Origin: Eledone cirrhosa
Lineage: Eukaryota
Direction of reading: 5' to 3'
Assembly: GCA_964016885.1 (NCBI GenBank)
Contig: OZ024760.1
Location: forward strand, 11,594,001 to 11,658,000
Length of the DNA stretch: 64,000 nucleotides
The translations under genes were made by a program, and so were the position numbers. The notes beneath the pieces were generated by a model. The model did not search any database. It saw nothing but the letters and a program-made list of their open reading frames with translations, and had not been told where the DNA came from. Below, one piece after another: positions 63,341-64,000 of the stretch (position 1 is its first letter; the number at the start of each line of letters is the position of its first letter).

Positions 63341-63851
63341 ATATATATATATATATATACATACATATATAAACCTATATACCTATCTGTCTATATATAT
63401 ATATACAGAGAGAGAGACAGATAAGTGGTTATGTTGTATATAAGTATGTTTATGTTTAAACTCGAGCGACGACAGCATCCAAGGGGGAGATAACCTACTT
63501 GACACTGTAACCGTCAGGTGGCGCTGTAACCAATAGAATCCAATCCGATTGAAAGGCGCAAAATTCAACAACATAAATCTACGCGCCATCCACATATTTC
63601 CCTGACTGACTGTATATACACATGTATATATATTATATACACCAGCACTGGCTGTAGAATTTGCGAGTAAAATATAGATTAGTCATAGATCTATATTATT
63701 GGGGGTTTATTTTAATTAGAATAATATATATATATTTTTTTTTTAATTAAGTGGAAGGTCGCTTTAATTATATATTTAAATAATTAGTTTAGCTTAACTC
63801 GCTGTTTGAAGCGGGTGAGAACTATATCGTATTTTTTATTAGTAAAAGCAT

Positions 63852-63882
<31 letters not shown>

Positions 63883-64000
63883 GTTTTTTTTAATGTAATT
63901 TGGCGGTCACTTTAATTAATTCAGTGTCACGCATTTACATATGAAGGTAAACATTTTAAGGTTGTGAATGTTGTCCTCTTTCGTAATTTAATTTTTTTTT

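Overview
AT-rich, microsatellite-dense animal genomic DNA. The tRNA-derived SINE content and simple-repeat load suggest a cephalopod, probably Octopus (inference). One clear protein-coding gene is present: a five-coding-exon TBP-like factor (TBPL1/TRF2/TLF, about 337 aa) on the minus strand at 44599-57294. There is also a possible terminal exon of another gene at 4416-4532. Almost all supplied ORFs are microsatellite or minisatellite artefacts. The rest is SINEs, RTE-type LINE fragments, MITEs and two multi-kb satellites. The main hidden signal is a dispersed set of short elements, mostly next to (TA)n tracts, that carry minimal type-I hammerhead ribozyme motifs. About 8 motifs are complete or near-complete, including U3-A8 covariant cores, and several elements are folded back into long palindromes. 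This resembles Penelope-like-element pLTR or retrozyme-type non-autonomous retroelements. All RNA folds were made by eye and have not been computed or tested.
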